Below the pieces are notes generated by a model. That model saw only the letters and a program-made list of their open reading frames with translations. It was not told the origin of the DNA and did not search any database. Shown here piece by piece: positions 48,742-57,825 of a DNA stretch of 64,000 bases. This DNA is from Bacteroidia bacterium (lineage in GTDB: Bacteria; Bacteroidota; Bacteroidia; B-17B0; Aurantibacillaceae): assembly GCA_038214655.1 (NCBI GenBank), contig JBBQRR010000010.1, forward strand, positions 6,183-70,182, given 5' to 3'. How positions within the stretch are numbered: the stretch's first letter is position 1; every line of letters begins with the position of its first letter. The position numbers and the translations under genes are program-made.

Positions 48742-48745
48742 AATC

Positions 48746-48780
48746 CGAGGTACGAGGGTTAAGGTACGAGGTACGAAAGA
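48746..48780. repeat. CGAGGTA heptamer repeat (5 units)
   Basis: CGAGGTA CGAGGGT TAAGGTA CGAGGTA CGAAAGA between convergent genes. Confidence 0.8.
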
Positions 48781-48788
48781 GAAAAAAA

Positions 48789-49430
48789 TTAAAAAGGGAA
48801 TAACCCAATTAAACATTTGTTTAGCGAAGTAATCGCCTCTCCGATTTTCCATTTATTTCTGTCGCGCTTCTCTACGTAATTAGAAACAGAACGCAATTGA
48901 ATACATTTTACTTTCTCTGTATTACAGGCCCATAAAAATGCAGCGCCCTCCATACTTTCAACATCCGCCTTTATTCTTGTAGTAAATTTAGTAATGCTGT
49001 GCTCGTTGCCGTGTGTAGTGTTTACGGTAACTCCCCTAACCTGCGGGATATTTTCGATCGCAAATAAGTTTTCGTTTTTTACATAATAGGCCGCAGGCAA
49101 ACTTAGTTCCGAAACTGATAAAAATTTATCGTCGTCCTCGGCACCCAAGTCGGCAAAATAATCTTCAGTAATGTTTAGTACTTCGCCCAATTTAATGTTG
49201 CGGTTAAAACTTCCGCAAATGCCGGCATTAATGGCCAAATCATATTTAGGTGTTAAATACTTTCCCAAATAAAAAGCAGTTTGTGCTATGCCAACGCCGC
49301 TAATTAAAATATCTATTTTATGACTTTTGTAAGAGTGAGAAGAAAGTACTGAATTACCCGCATCTGCTTTAATCTCCTCTAAAAAAGGGGCAATTTCTTG
49401 TTTTGTTGCCGATACTATTAATGTGTTCAT
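48789..49430 (-). CDS. mqnB: Futalosine hydrolase
   Basis: SGVG...AINAGICGSF; VNTTHG; ESMEGAAF; LRSVSNYVE.R. Confidence 0.85.
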   Translation of the reverse strand: MNTLIVSATKQEIAPFLEEIKADAGNSVLSSHSYKSHKIDILISGVGIAQTAFYLGKYLTPKYDLAINAGICGSFNRNIKLGEVLNITEDYFADLGAEDDDKFLSVSELSLPAAYYVKNENLFAIENIPQVRGVTVNTTHGNEHSITKFTTRIKADVESMEGAAFLWACNTEKVKCIQLRSVSNYVEKRDRNKWKIGEAITSLNKCLIGLFPF

Positions 49431-49437
49431 TATTGGC

Positions 49438-49459
49438 TATATTTACCGCAATAAATATA
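49438..49459. promoter_or_regulatory. 8-6-8 palindrome: overlapping divergent -7 boxes or an operator
   Basis: TATATTTA-ccgcaa-TAAATATA in the 31-bp mqnB/queD gap. Confidence 0.55.
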
Positions 49460-49461
49460 CT

Positions 49462-49872
49462 ATGATTTTTATAACACGTAAGGAACATTTTAACGCAGCC
49501 CATAAATTACATCGTACCGACTGGAGCGACGAGAAAAACACAGAGGTATTCGGCAAATGCGCCAATCCAAACTGGCACGGGCATAATTACACGCTTTACG
49601 TTACCGTAAAAGGCAATCCAAACCCCGAAACAGGCTTTTTAGTAAACTTAAAAGAGCTTAGCGTGCTTATACGCGACGAGATTTGCGAGAAGCTTGATCA
49701 TAAGAACATTAACTTAGATGTTGATTTTATGAAAGGCATCATGCCAAGTACAGAAAACGTAGCCATCGCTATTTTCAATATCCTGAAACCAAAAATTAAA
49801 CCTTTGGGCGGAGACCTCCATTGCGTTAAATTGTACGAAACGGAAAATAACTACGTAGAGTATTTTGGCTAG
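49462..49872 (+). CDS. queD: 6-carboxytetrahydropterin synthase (PTPS family)
   Basis: FNAAH; C....HGHNY; LDHK; STEN; ETENN. Confidence 0.9.
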   Translation: MIFITRKEHFNAAHKLHRTDWSDEKNTEVFGKCANPNWHGHNYTLYVTVKGNPNPETGFLVNLKELSVLIRDEICEKLDHKNINLDVDFMKGIMPSTENVAIAIFNILKPKIKPLGGDLHCVKLYETENNYVEYFG

Positions 49873-49873
49873 G

Positions 49874-49893
49874 TTTACCACAAAGACGCAAAG
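49874..49893 (+). repeat. CACAAAG-family partial repeat
   Basis: TTTACCACAAAGACGCAAAG immediately after the queD stop. Confidence 0.7.
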
Positions 49894-49915
49894 AAAAATT
49901 TAAAGAATACAACGC

Positions 49916-50152
49916 ATGAGGATAATAGATTCGATTCAGCACCCATCCATCAACATAAGCATCTTTCAGATGAACGATAAATACATTGTAAAATTTGAAG
50001 CCGGCCCCATGGAGCAAGCTTTTAAATTTAACATGTCCGAAGTAAAAAGCGTAGGTGATTTAAAACTCATCATAAACGAAACTTACATTGAGGAAGTGAG
50101 AAAACGCTTTAACGAGATGTTTCTGCAATACAAAGCTGCCTTCGGGGCATAA
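49916..50152 (+). CDS. Small hypothetical protein
   Basis: 78-aa ORF with ISIFQMNDKYIVKFE.G..EQ.FK. Confidence 0.7.
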   Translation: MRIIDSIQHPSINISIFQMNDKYIVKFEAGPMEQAFKFNMSEVKSVGDLKLIINETYIEEVRKRFNEMFLQYKAAFGA

Positions 50153-50159
50153 TTCTCCC

Positions 50160-50339
50160 TTTTGCCACAAAGACGCAAAGGCGCGAAGTTTTTTTAATAC
50201 AGGCGATTTTGTTTATGAAGTTTCTCCACGACTTGAAGTTATGTAATACATCATTTAAGAGAGAATACTAAGTTTTCGTACCGGCCCTTTTCCGCACAGC
50301 AACAAATTTTCTTCGCGACTTTGTGCCTTTGTGGCAAAA
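50160..50339. mobile_element. MITE-like element with 29-bp imperfect terminal inverted repeats
   Basis: TTTTGCCACAAAGACGCAAAGGCGCGAAG versus the inverse of CTTCGCGACTTTGTGCCTTTGTGGCAAAA (3 mismatches); 122-bp interior; no target-site duplication seen. Confidence 0.5.
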
Positions 50340-50340
50340 C

Positions 50341-51672
50341 TTAAGAAATAAGCTCCATAATGCACACGGTTTTAGTAGAAGAAGTGATCTTAAATCTATC
50401 ATCAATCCTGCTTCCTATAACCCACACAATCGCGTCTTTATTTCGCAAAATCCACTGATTGTCTTTATCAAACATGCTCATCTTCTCGCCAACAAAAAAA
50501 TCACTCAGCTTTTTTGATTGCTGCATACCCAATGGTACAAACCTATCGCCGGTTTGCCAGCGCGTAATTTTCATTGGGAACTTTAATTTATCGGCGTCGA
50601 GATAAGCTACATTTTTTAAGGAAGGGACTTTTACGGGCTCGCCTTTCTTAATTTTATAATAAGAAATAGCCAACTGCACCGGTGCCTTTATTTTATCGGT
50701 CTTTTTATAAATAGAAGCTTCTTCATCTTCCACCTCCGATTTATCCCTAATCAATAAATATTTTCGGTCTTTTAATAATTGATGCGTTTCGCTAAAAAAC
50801 ATTTTCCCGGTAAGTCCATCGAGTCCGTCGAAAATATTGGCGGCGTGTACCGAGTTAAAACCGTACTCTTTTATTATTTCAAACAAAATCAATTTGGGAC
50901 TTCCCGATTTTTTTAGTTTCTCAATATCAATTTTACATAAATCCTTTTTTACGAGGGCGATGCTTTTTTTCTTTTTTGCTACTTCGGCAAAAACCAATTG
51001 GTTTACTTGCTGTAAAATCTCCAGCTCAGAAGCCATGGTTTGCTCAAAAGAAGGGTTCAGGCTTTTTAATTCGGGAATTAAATGATGGCGCAAACGATTA
51101 CGCAGGTATTTATCCTCTTTGTTACTGCTGTCTTCGCGGTAAATAATTCCTTTTTGGCGAATATATTTTTCAATCTCCTCGCGCGAAGCAAATAAAAGCG
51201 GACGGACCTTTTTTCCATTCTTAGGAACAATGCCCTTGAGGCCATTGATGCCGCTGCCACGTAATAAGTTTATAAAAAATGTTTCGATATTATCGTTCAG
51301 GTGATGGGCAGTAAGTAGATAGTCGAATTTGTGTTTCTTAATCAGTTCTTCAAACCAGGCATAACGCAAATCACGCGCGGCCATTTGAGTAGAAATTTTA
51401 TTTTTACCGGCATAAGCCGCGGTATCGAACGAATTATAAAAGTATTTTATTTTATTTCGGAGACAATAGCCCTCCACAAAAGAAGCATCGGCATCAGATT
51501 CGCCCCCTCGCAATGTAAAATTGCAATGAGCCACGGCAAAGTTAAATCCACCTTCGCGCAAAAGTTCGCACAATGCCATAGAATCGTTGCCGCCGCTTAC
51601 AGCTACAAGCAGTTTATGCTTGACTGTAAACAGTTTTTCTTTGGCTATGTATTGTGTAAACTTATTGAGCAT
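50341..51672 (-). CDS. tilS: tRNA(Ile)-lysidine synthetase
   Basis: AVSGGNDSM; TAHH.ND; RPLL; RNRLR. Confidence 0.97.
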   Translation of the reverse strand: MLNKFTQYIAKEKLFTVKHKLLVAVSGGNDSMALCELLREGGFNFAVAHCNFTLRGGESDADASFVEGYCLRNKIKYFYNSFDTAAYAGKNKISTQMAARDLRYAWFEELIKKHKFDYLLTAHHLNDNIETFFINLLRGSGINGLKGIVPKNGKKVRPLLFASREEIEKYIRQKGIIYREDSSNKEDKYLRNRLRHHLIPELKSLNPSFEQTMASELEILQQVNQLVFAEVAKKKKSIALVKKDLCKIDIEKLKKSGSPKLILFEIIKEYGFNSVHAANIFDGLDGLTGKMFFSETHQLLKDRKYLLIRDKSEVEDEEASIYKKTDKIKAPVQLAISYYKIKKGEPVKVPSLKNVAYLDADKLKFPMKITRWQTGDRFVPLGMQQSKKLSDFFVGEKMSMFDKDNQWILRNKDAIVWVIGSRIDDRFKITSSTKTVCIMELIS

Positions 51673-51686
51673 TTAATTTTATATAG

Positions 51687-51721
51687 ACACGAATTTCACC
51701 AATTAAAAAAAGAATTCGTGT
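51687..51721. repeat. CACGAAT-type inverted repeat
   Basis: ACACGAATT and AATTCGTGT are exact 9-bp inverses; internal CACCAATT and following AATTAGTG units. Confidence 0.65.
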
Positions 51722-51729
51722 AATTAGTG

Positions 51730-52623
51730 TCAAAATTCGAGTGAGCAATTAGTTGAATTAACTTCCAGTTTAACTTCCTTTCCCAAATACAAAGCGAGGT
51801 TTCTTTCAATGTGGCCCGCAGGAAAACCAAAACATACAGGGTACTTATATTCCTTCACTGCATCTAAAACTATTTCTTGCGGTGTTAGGCCAAAAGGAAC
51901 AGCATCATCCTTCATATCAGTTAATCCGCCCACAACAAGGCCTGCAAGATTCTTTAATTTACCGCTGCGTTTAAAATGATGCAACATGCGATCGAGGTGA
52001 TGCAGGTTTTCATCCAAGTCCTCGATGAATAACATTTTTCCGGTTGTATCTAAATCCTCTGCTGTTCCCGATAAAGTGTGAAGTAAAGAAATATTTCCTC
52101 CCACTAAAACGCCTCGCGCTTCTCCCACTCTATTTAGTTTATCAGTGGTAAAATCGTATTTTATTTTTTCGCCGAATAAACATTTTCGGATGCTCTCCAC
52201 AGTTTCGGTATTTTTTTTGTACACCGTTAACATAGCAGCATGCAAACTAGCGGTTTTGCAAAATTTATTTATGTGCGCATGCAAAATAGTTACGTCGCTA
52301 TAGCCAACAAGCCATTTGGGACTTGCAGTAAATTTTTTAAAATCGAGTTTATCAATAATACGAATGATGCCGTTACCGCCACGCGCAAAAAAGACTGCCT
52401 TTATGCTTTCATCGTTAATGGCCCATTGCAAATCTTCGACTCTTTGCCGGTCGGTACCTGCCCATTGCTTGTGTGATGCGTACAAATGCTTTCCGGCAAC
52501 AGGCTGTAAGCCCCATGCAGCAAGGGTTTTGAGGGCAAAGGCCATTTCTGCTTCCGTTACTTTTCGGGAAGCGGCCACGATGGCGACCTTATCGCCGGGT
52601 TTTAAAAAAGGAGGGCTTATCAT
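51730..52623 (-). CDS. ldcA: LD-carboxypeptidase (peptidase S66)
   Basis: ARGGNG; VGYSDVT; GGNISL; FIED; FGFPAGH. Confidence 0.9.
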   Translation of the reverse strand: MISPPFLKPGDKVAIVAASRKVTEAEMAFALKTLAAWGLQPVAGKHLYASHKQWAGTDRQRVEDLQWAINDESIKAVFFARGGNGIIRIIDKLDFKKFTASPKWLVGYSDVTILHAHINKFCKTASLHAAMLTVYKKNTETVESIRKCLFGEKIKYDFTTDKLNRVGEARGVLVGGNISLLHTLSGTAEDLDTTGKMLFIEDLDENLHHLDRMLHHFKRSGKLKNLAGLVVGGLTDMKDDAVPFGLTPQEIVLDAVKEYKYPVCFGFPAGHIERNLALYLGKEVKLEVNSTNCSLEF

Positions 52624-52683
52624 ATTTTATCAAACAAAGATAGTTTTTACAAACGATTAATTAAATTTGCCAAAGGATTTTTT

Positions 52684-53442
52684 ATGGAAAACGGATTTGT
52701 TAAAAGTATTATCGAAAACGGCATTGGCACCGTTACATTTTTTCACCCGCAAAGCAACTCTTTGCCGGGCGAAATTTTACGAGCCCTTGCCGCCGAAATT
52801 ACCAAAGTTGGCAAGGATGATAAAGCCAAAGTAATTGTTTTAAAGAGCGAGGGCGACAAAGCCTTTTGTGCCGGCGCTTCGTTTGATGAATTGATGGCCA
52901 TTAAAGATATTGAAACCGGAAAAAAATTCTTCTCGGGTTTTGCAGGCGTAATTAATGCAATGCGTAAAGCACCTAAATTTGTTATTGCACGTGTACAAGG
53001 CAAAGCAGTTGGTGGTGGCGTTGGCTTAGCCAGCGCAGCCGATTACACCATTGCAAAAGAAGACGCCTCTATAAAATTAAGCGAACTCGCAGTAGGCATA
53101 GGCCCTTTTGTGGTTGGCCCTGCGGTTGAACGCAAAATGGGAACCTCCGCTTTTTGTCAGCTAACCATAGATGCTACCGAATGGCACAGCGCGCAGTTTG
53201 CTAAAAAAACCGGCTTATACGCATCGGTTCACTCAAGCACCGAAGAATTAGATGCCGCGGTTTTAAAATTAGCCAGCACACTTGCTGCAAGTAGTCCGGA
53301 TGCCATGGCACAACTAAAAAAAGTTATGTGGGAAGGCACCGAGCACTGGGACAAACTTTTGTTGGAACGCGCCGAAATGAGCGGAACGCTTGTGCTGAGT
53401 GATTTTACCAAGAATTTTATTGCGGGGTTTAAGAAGAAGTAA
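52684..53442 (+). CDS. Enoyl-CoA hydratase/isomerase family protein
   Basis: AFCAGASF; VQGKAVGGGVGL; LSE..VG. Confidence 0.92.
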   Translation: MENGFVKSIIENGIGTVTFFHPQSNSLPGEILRALAAEITKVGKDDKAKVIVLKSEGDKAFCAGASFDELMAIKDIETGKKFFSGFAGVINAMRKAPKFVIARVQGKAVGGGVGLASAADYTIAKEDASIKLSELAVGIGPFVVGPAVERKMGTSAFCQLTIDATEWHSAQFAKKTGLYASVHSSTEELDAAVLKLASTLAASSPDAMAQLKKVMWEGTEHWDKLLLERAEMSGTLVLSDFTKNFIAGFKKK

Positions 53443-53446
53443 ATCT

Positions 53447-54220
53447 TTGTTCGGCTTATTTAAAAATAACGAAGAAGAGCTCCCCATAGATGAAGAAACC
53501 AGATTCTGGCTTGACTCTTGCTTTATATGGCTTAAAGAGGCTTTTGGTGAGGAAAACATAAAAAAACGAAAAATTCTCACGCCGCATTATAAAGATTTTC
53601 CTGTAAAATATAATAGCTCGCATCAATCTGTGCTTGAAACTTTAAAAATTGTAGCCATACAAATGGAAATCAATCCCGATGAAATTCACTTGGATATTTA
53701 CAGCGAGGGGAAAACAGAACTGGATACAGGAGGCTTAATCGGTCATCGTATTTTTTTAAATCAGGTAGAAGGTGATAAATACTCAGGCGGTTTATATTTT
53801 GGTAAGCAAGAAGACGGCAAATATCATATCGCCATAGAAGATAAAAAACTTAATTCGCCCGAAAAACTAGTGGCTACTTTGGCGCACGAATTATCGCACA
53901 TAAAACTTTTGGGAGAAAATAAATTAGACAGAAACAACGAAGAATTAACCGATCTTACAACAATAGTTTTCGGACTTGGAATTTTTAATGCTAACGCCGC
54001 GTTTAATGTTGAAAGTGGTCTGGGTTATTGGGAATGGAACAAAGCCGGTTACTTATCGCAGATGGAATGGGGCTACGCACTGGCACTTTATTCTTATATA
54101 CGCGAAGAAGATGAGCCCGAATGGTGGAGTTTTTTATCGCGCAATGTAAAGTCCGACTTAAAAAAAGGCATGTTGTTTATTAAAAAACACCCCGAATTAA
54201 TAATGAAAGATAAAGAATAA
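53447..54220 (+). CDS. Hypothetical HExxH (zincin-like) protein
   Basis: LAHELSH plus downstream EELTD; TTG start giving MFGLFK, 4 nt after the upstream stop. Confidence 0.6.
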   Translation: MFGLFKNNEEELPIDEETRFWLDSCFIWLKEAFGEENIKKRKILTPHYKDFPVKYNSSHQSVLETLKIVAIQMEINPDEIHLDIYSEGKTELDTGGLIGHRIFLNQVEGDKYSGGLYFGKQEDGKYHIAIEDKKLNSPEKLVATLAHELSHIKLLGENKLDRNNEELTDLTTIVFGLGIFNANAAFNVESGLGYWEWNKAGYLSQMEWGYALALYSYIREEDEPEWWSFLSRNVKSDLKKGMLFIKKHPELIMKDKE

Positions 54221-54228
54221 GGTTCTTA

Positions 54229-55143
54229 TTACCGCTGCACCACAATTTTCTTCGTTACGATTCCTTCCGTTGTTTTTATTTTAACAAAATAAATTCCTTC
54301 GGGTAAACTGCTTATGTCTATCTGAGAGGTACGCGGTACAAGGTTGGAGGTACGAAAAACTTCCTCACCTATGTAATTCATAATATTTACTTCGGCGGCT
54401 TCTTCTTTAGTTTTTAATTCAATATTTAAAATCCCGGCTGAGGGATTCGGATAAAGAGATATACTTTCATCCTGCCCGTACTGCTCGATGCCAAATGGAA
54501 CAGAGCCACTGGCGGCTAAATCATCCAAAAAAAATTGCGTACCCGCGTGCATAGTGCCACCGCCCATTGAGCCCATTGCAACAATGATGCTAGCCGAATC
54601 GGGAAAAACATTTAACGAGTATGTAAGAGGGATGCTTAACTGCGTATAGCTGGCTACATTGCTTAAACCAAAAAAAGAATTCTTTGCCAACGTATCGCGT
54701 TTATTAGTAAAGGTATTCCATTTTGTAAGCGTAAACTGCAGGCCAACCAAATCACCCACGTTTGTAAATTTATACCAACCTGTAAACGTAGCAGGCCTTG
54801 TGGTAAAAGGAAAACCAAAGTGCCCCCCGCCCGCGATGAAATTGGCAATAGAATTACAGGAAAATAAACTACCGGAAACCGTATCGCCACCGCCGGTACC
54901 TCTTTGCATTAATACAGCGTATGCGCCGGTATGACTCTGCGCAGTCCTAATTACCGAAGAGCCCGTATATGCAGGATTGCTAAAATTATCCACCATATCC
55001 ATAGTTATCCAATTGGTGGGCACCAGGTAATTGTGCGGGGTTTCTGTATTTGTAATCCAGTTCTCGAAACCTGAATTTGGTATTATTTGCGAAAACGAAA
55101 AAGAACAGTTTCCAATAAAAACAAGAAATAAATATTTTTTCAT
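54229..55143 (-). CDS. T9SS type A protein with PCMD-like carbohydrate-binding domain
   Basis: IPNSGFENW; RPATFTGWYKF; DDL; CTD LYPNPS...LPEGIYFV. Confidence 0.8.
   Translation of the reverse strand: MKKYLFLVFIGNCSFSFSQIIPNSGFENWITNTETPHNYLVPTNWITMDMVDNFSNPAYTGSSVIRTAQSHTGAYAVLMQRGTGGGDTVSGSLFSCNSIANFIAGGGHFGFPFTTRPATFTGWYKFTNVGDLVGLQFTLTKWNTFTNKRDTLAKNSFFGLSNVASYTQLSIPLTYSLNVFPDSASIIVAMGSMGGGTMHAGTQFFLDDLAASGSVPFGIEQYGQDESISLYPNPSAGILNIELKTKEEAAEVNIMNYIGEEVFRTSNLVPRTSQIDISSLPEGIYFVKIKTTEGIVTKKIVVQR
54325..54359. repeat. CGAGGTA-family heptamer repeat within the T9SS CTD coding sequence
   Basis: AGAGGTA CGCGGTA CAAGGTT GGAGGTA CGAAAAA, 27/35 identical to 48746-48780; reads FRTSNLVPRTS on the minus strand. 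Confidence 0.65.
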
Positions 55144-55285
55144 GCCATTCATTTTATTTATTACTACAAAATTACATCGTTTTTATGTATTCACAATATA
55201 AAACACTAAGTTTTGGCACATTTAGAAAAAAGATCAAATGGAGGCTTACAAAACCAGGCAAAAATTCCGTACCTTGTAGCATCAT

Positions 55286-57718
55286 ATGGTGATGCAGCTT
55301 AACCAAAGGAGATATTTACTGAGCATTATTGCTTTATGCTGCTTTGCATTTACTTTATCCGCCCAAAATTTTATTAAAGGTACCGTTGTAGATAGTACCA
55401 ACACGCCAATTCCCTATTGCGCCATGGCTATTTTAAATGCTAAAGACAGCTCTTTAGTAAAAGGCAATGTGGCCAACGAAAGCGGAGAATTTATTTTTGA
55501 AAACATAAAAGTCGGCAATTATATTGTAAAATTTACCAATGTAGGTTTTAAAGCGGGCTTCTCTGCCCCGGCCACCGTAGATTCACTTAGCCAATTAATT
55601 TTACCGCCGCAAATTTTAAAAGCCGAGGGTATAACACTTAAAGAAGTTTCGGTATCTGCCTTTAAACCCACTATTGAATTTAAAAATGGTATTGTGGTAA
55701 TGAATGTAGAAAATAATATTCTCTCGGGCGGCAATACCGTTTTTGAATTATTAAAACGCATACCCGGCGTTGTAGTAGATGCGCAAAATAACATAAGTGT
55801 AAACGGCCAGGGTGGCGTGCGTTTTTTAATTGACGGAAGGCTGCAACAAATTCCAACCGCGCAAATGATAAATATGCTAATGGGTATGCCCGCCGAATCG
55901 GTTTCAACGCTTGAGCTTATAAAAAACCCGCCTGCCAAATACGATGCCGCCGGCAGCGGAGGTTTAATAAATATTGTATTAAAAAAAGCAAAAGTAAAAG
56001 GTTTCAGCGGCTCGCTTAGTGAAAGCAACAGCCACGGCGATTTATGGAGGGGAGGGACATTCCTTGCTCTAAATTTTAAAACCAATAAATTAACTTTATT
56101 TACTAATAGTAATTTTGGCTGGTGGAATTTTGAAACCAATAATTATTTTCAGAGAAGCATTAGCAACAATGGCTCCAGTTTTGATTGTGTATCGTACGGC
56201 GTGCAATACCCCAGCCGACATGCTTTTTTCTTAAGCGGCGGGCTCGAATACGAGTTTAGTAAAAAAACAATTGCAGGTATTAATTACAACGGCAGCAGCA
56301 ACGCACACTTTACAAACACAGGAAACAGCTGGCTGGATATTACACATGGTAATATTTATCCTTACAACCGCGTAAATTTTTTAACTACACAAACTTCAGA
56401 CGTAAATAACCCATCTTTGAACCTTACCCTGCAACATAAATTTGATACGCTTACCAAAATTCAATTAATGGCCGATTATACCAATTACTTTGAAAGTTCA
56501 ACGCGCAACACCAACAACCTTTATTACGATAATGCAGGTAATGAAGTTATACCTCGCAATCTCTACGCCTCGTTTATACACAGCAATTTTAATGTGCTTA
56601 CCCAAAAATTAGATTTAACAAGAGATTTTAAAAAGTCGCTTACCCTCGAAACAGGGTTTAAATCGAGTTTTGTTGATAATGCCAGTAATTCTGTTTTTCA
56701 GCTCACCGCATTAAACGGGCAACTTAGTACAGATACCTCACGTTCGTTTAGTTATAAATACACTGAAAGGATTTTAGCGGGATACTTTACGCTGTCAAAA
56801 AGTTTTAAAAAATTAGAATTACGGGGCGGGTTAAGAACCGAGCATACGCTTATTAACGCGTACAATAAAAACTCTTGGTTTAGTTTGCACCGAGATTACA
56901 TTAATTTTTTTCCGAGCGGTGGCTTTGATTATAAATTTAACGAAAAACATAATGTGCAGTTTAATTACAGTTACCGCATAGACCGCCCTAATTACGATCA
57001 AATGAATCCTGCTAAAACATTTTACGATCAGTTTGCCGGAGGAGCGGGCAATCCGTATTTAAAGCCGCAGTACAGTCATTTTGGTAATATGGATTATAGT
57101 TTTAAAGGAATGATTACGCTCAGCGCCGCTTACCAGCAAATCAATGGTTTTATTTATAATTACGCTTATGGTAATAATAACACAACCGTTGATACTACTT
57201 TCAATTATCCCCAGCGCAATAATTATTCGCTTAGCATGTTTATGCAAAAAGGATTTAAATGGTTTAATTTTAATACATACGTAGCGGGCATTTACCGCAC
57301 TTTGCGGGGTTCAGTTAACGGATATAGCGCAAACACAGAAACTTTTCAGGGCTACGCAAATTTTACTGCCGAATTTGTTTTGCCAAAGAGTTTTAAAATT
57401 CAGTTGCAGGGTTTTTACAGCTCAAGTTTTACAGATGGTGTTCAGTTTTATTACCCAATAGGCGTTGCCAATTTTACTATTTTAAAATCCTTCTTCAACA
57501 AAAAACTGGATGTTTCGTTCAGCATATTTGATGTTTTTTATACCGACAGGCAGCCTTACACCAATACAGTGGGCGGGCAGCATTCGTATTACACCGAGCG
57601 TAACGATACGCGGAGGCTTCGTGGATTCATAGTGTGGAAATTTGGCAAAATGCGAATCAATAAAGCTTTAAACTCGGGCCCCGAAGCCGAGAAAGCAAGA
57701 TTAAAGCAGGTTGGATAA
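55286..57718 (+). CDS. TonB-dependent receptor-like outer-membrane beta-barrel protein with N-terminal carboxypeptidase-regulatory domain
   Basis: IKGTVVDS...G.F; plug region LKRIPGV; GNPYLKPQ near the C-terminus. Confidence 0.85.
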   Translation: MVMQLNQRRYLLSIIALCCFAFTLSAQNFIKGTVVDSTNTPIPYCAMAILNAKDSSLVKGNVANESGEFIFENIKVGNYIVKFTNVGFKAGFSAPATVDSLSQLILPPQILKAEGITLKEVSVSAFKPTIEFKNGIVVMNVENNILSGGNTVFELLKRIPGVVVDAQNNISVNGQGGVRFLIDGRLQQIPTAQMINMLMGMPAESVSTLELIKNPPAKYDAAGSGGLINIVLKKAKVKGFSGSLSESNSHGDLWRGGTFLALNFKTNKLTLFTNSNFGWWNFETNNYFQRSISNNGSSFDCVSYGVQYPSRHAFFLSGGLEYEFSKKTIAGINYNGSSNAHFTNTGNSWLDITHGNIYPYNRVNFLTTQTSDVNNPSLNLTLQHKFDTLTKIQLMADYTNYFESSTRNTNNLYYDNAGNEVIPRNLYASFIHSNFNVLTQKLDLTRDFKKSLTLETGFKSSFVDNASNSVFQLTALNGQLSTDTSRSFSYKYTERILAGYFTLSKSFKKLELRGGLRTEHTLINAYNKNSWFSLHRDYINFFPSGGFDYKFNEKHNVQFNYSYRIDRPNYDQMNPAKTFYDQFAGGAGNPYLKPQYSHFGNMDYSFKGMITLSAAYQQINGFIYNYAYGNNNTTVDTTFNYPQRNNYSLSMFMQKGFKWFNFNTYVAGIYRTLRGSVNGYSANTETFQGYANFTAEFVLPKSFKIQLQGFYSSSFTDGVQFYYPIGVANFTILKSFFNKKLDVSFSIFDVFYTDRQPYTNTVGGQHSYYTERNDTRRLRGFIVWKFGKMRINKALNSGPEAEKARLKQVG

Positions 57719-57767
57719 AAAAGCGTGAAATTCCAATAAAAACAATGCAAGTTTAACATTTTATGAG

Positions 57768-57795
57768 GCAACCTTTCCGTACTTTTATCCGTCTA
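57768..57795 (+). promoter_or_regulatory. Putative ECF sigma-factor promoter
   Basis: GCAACC-N16-CGTCTA, 30 nt upstream of the ATG at 57826. Confidence 0.5.
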
Positions 57796-57825
57796 TCAAT
57801 ATACCAACCCTAAAAACCAATAAAA

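Noticed and set aside
50189-50310. Remnant of a nuclease gene inside the MITE-like element
   Set aside because: The frames I translated gave only short ORFs and no recognisable GxxExxY or other motif.
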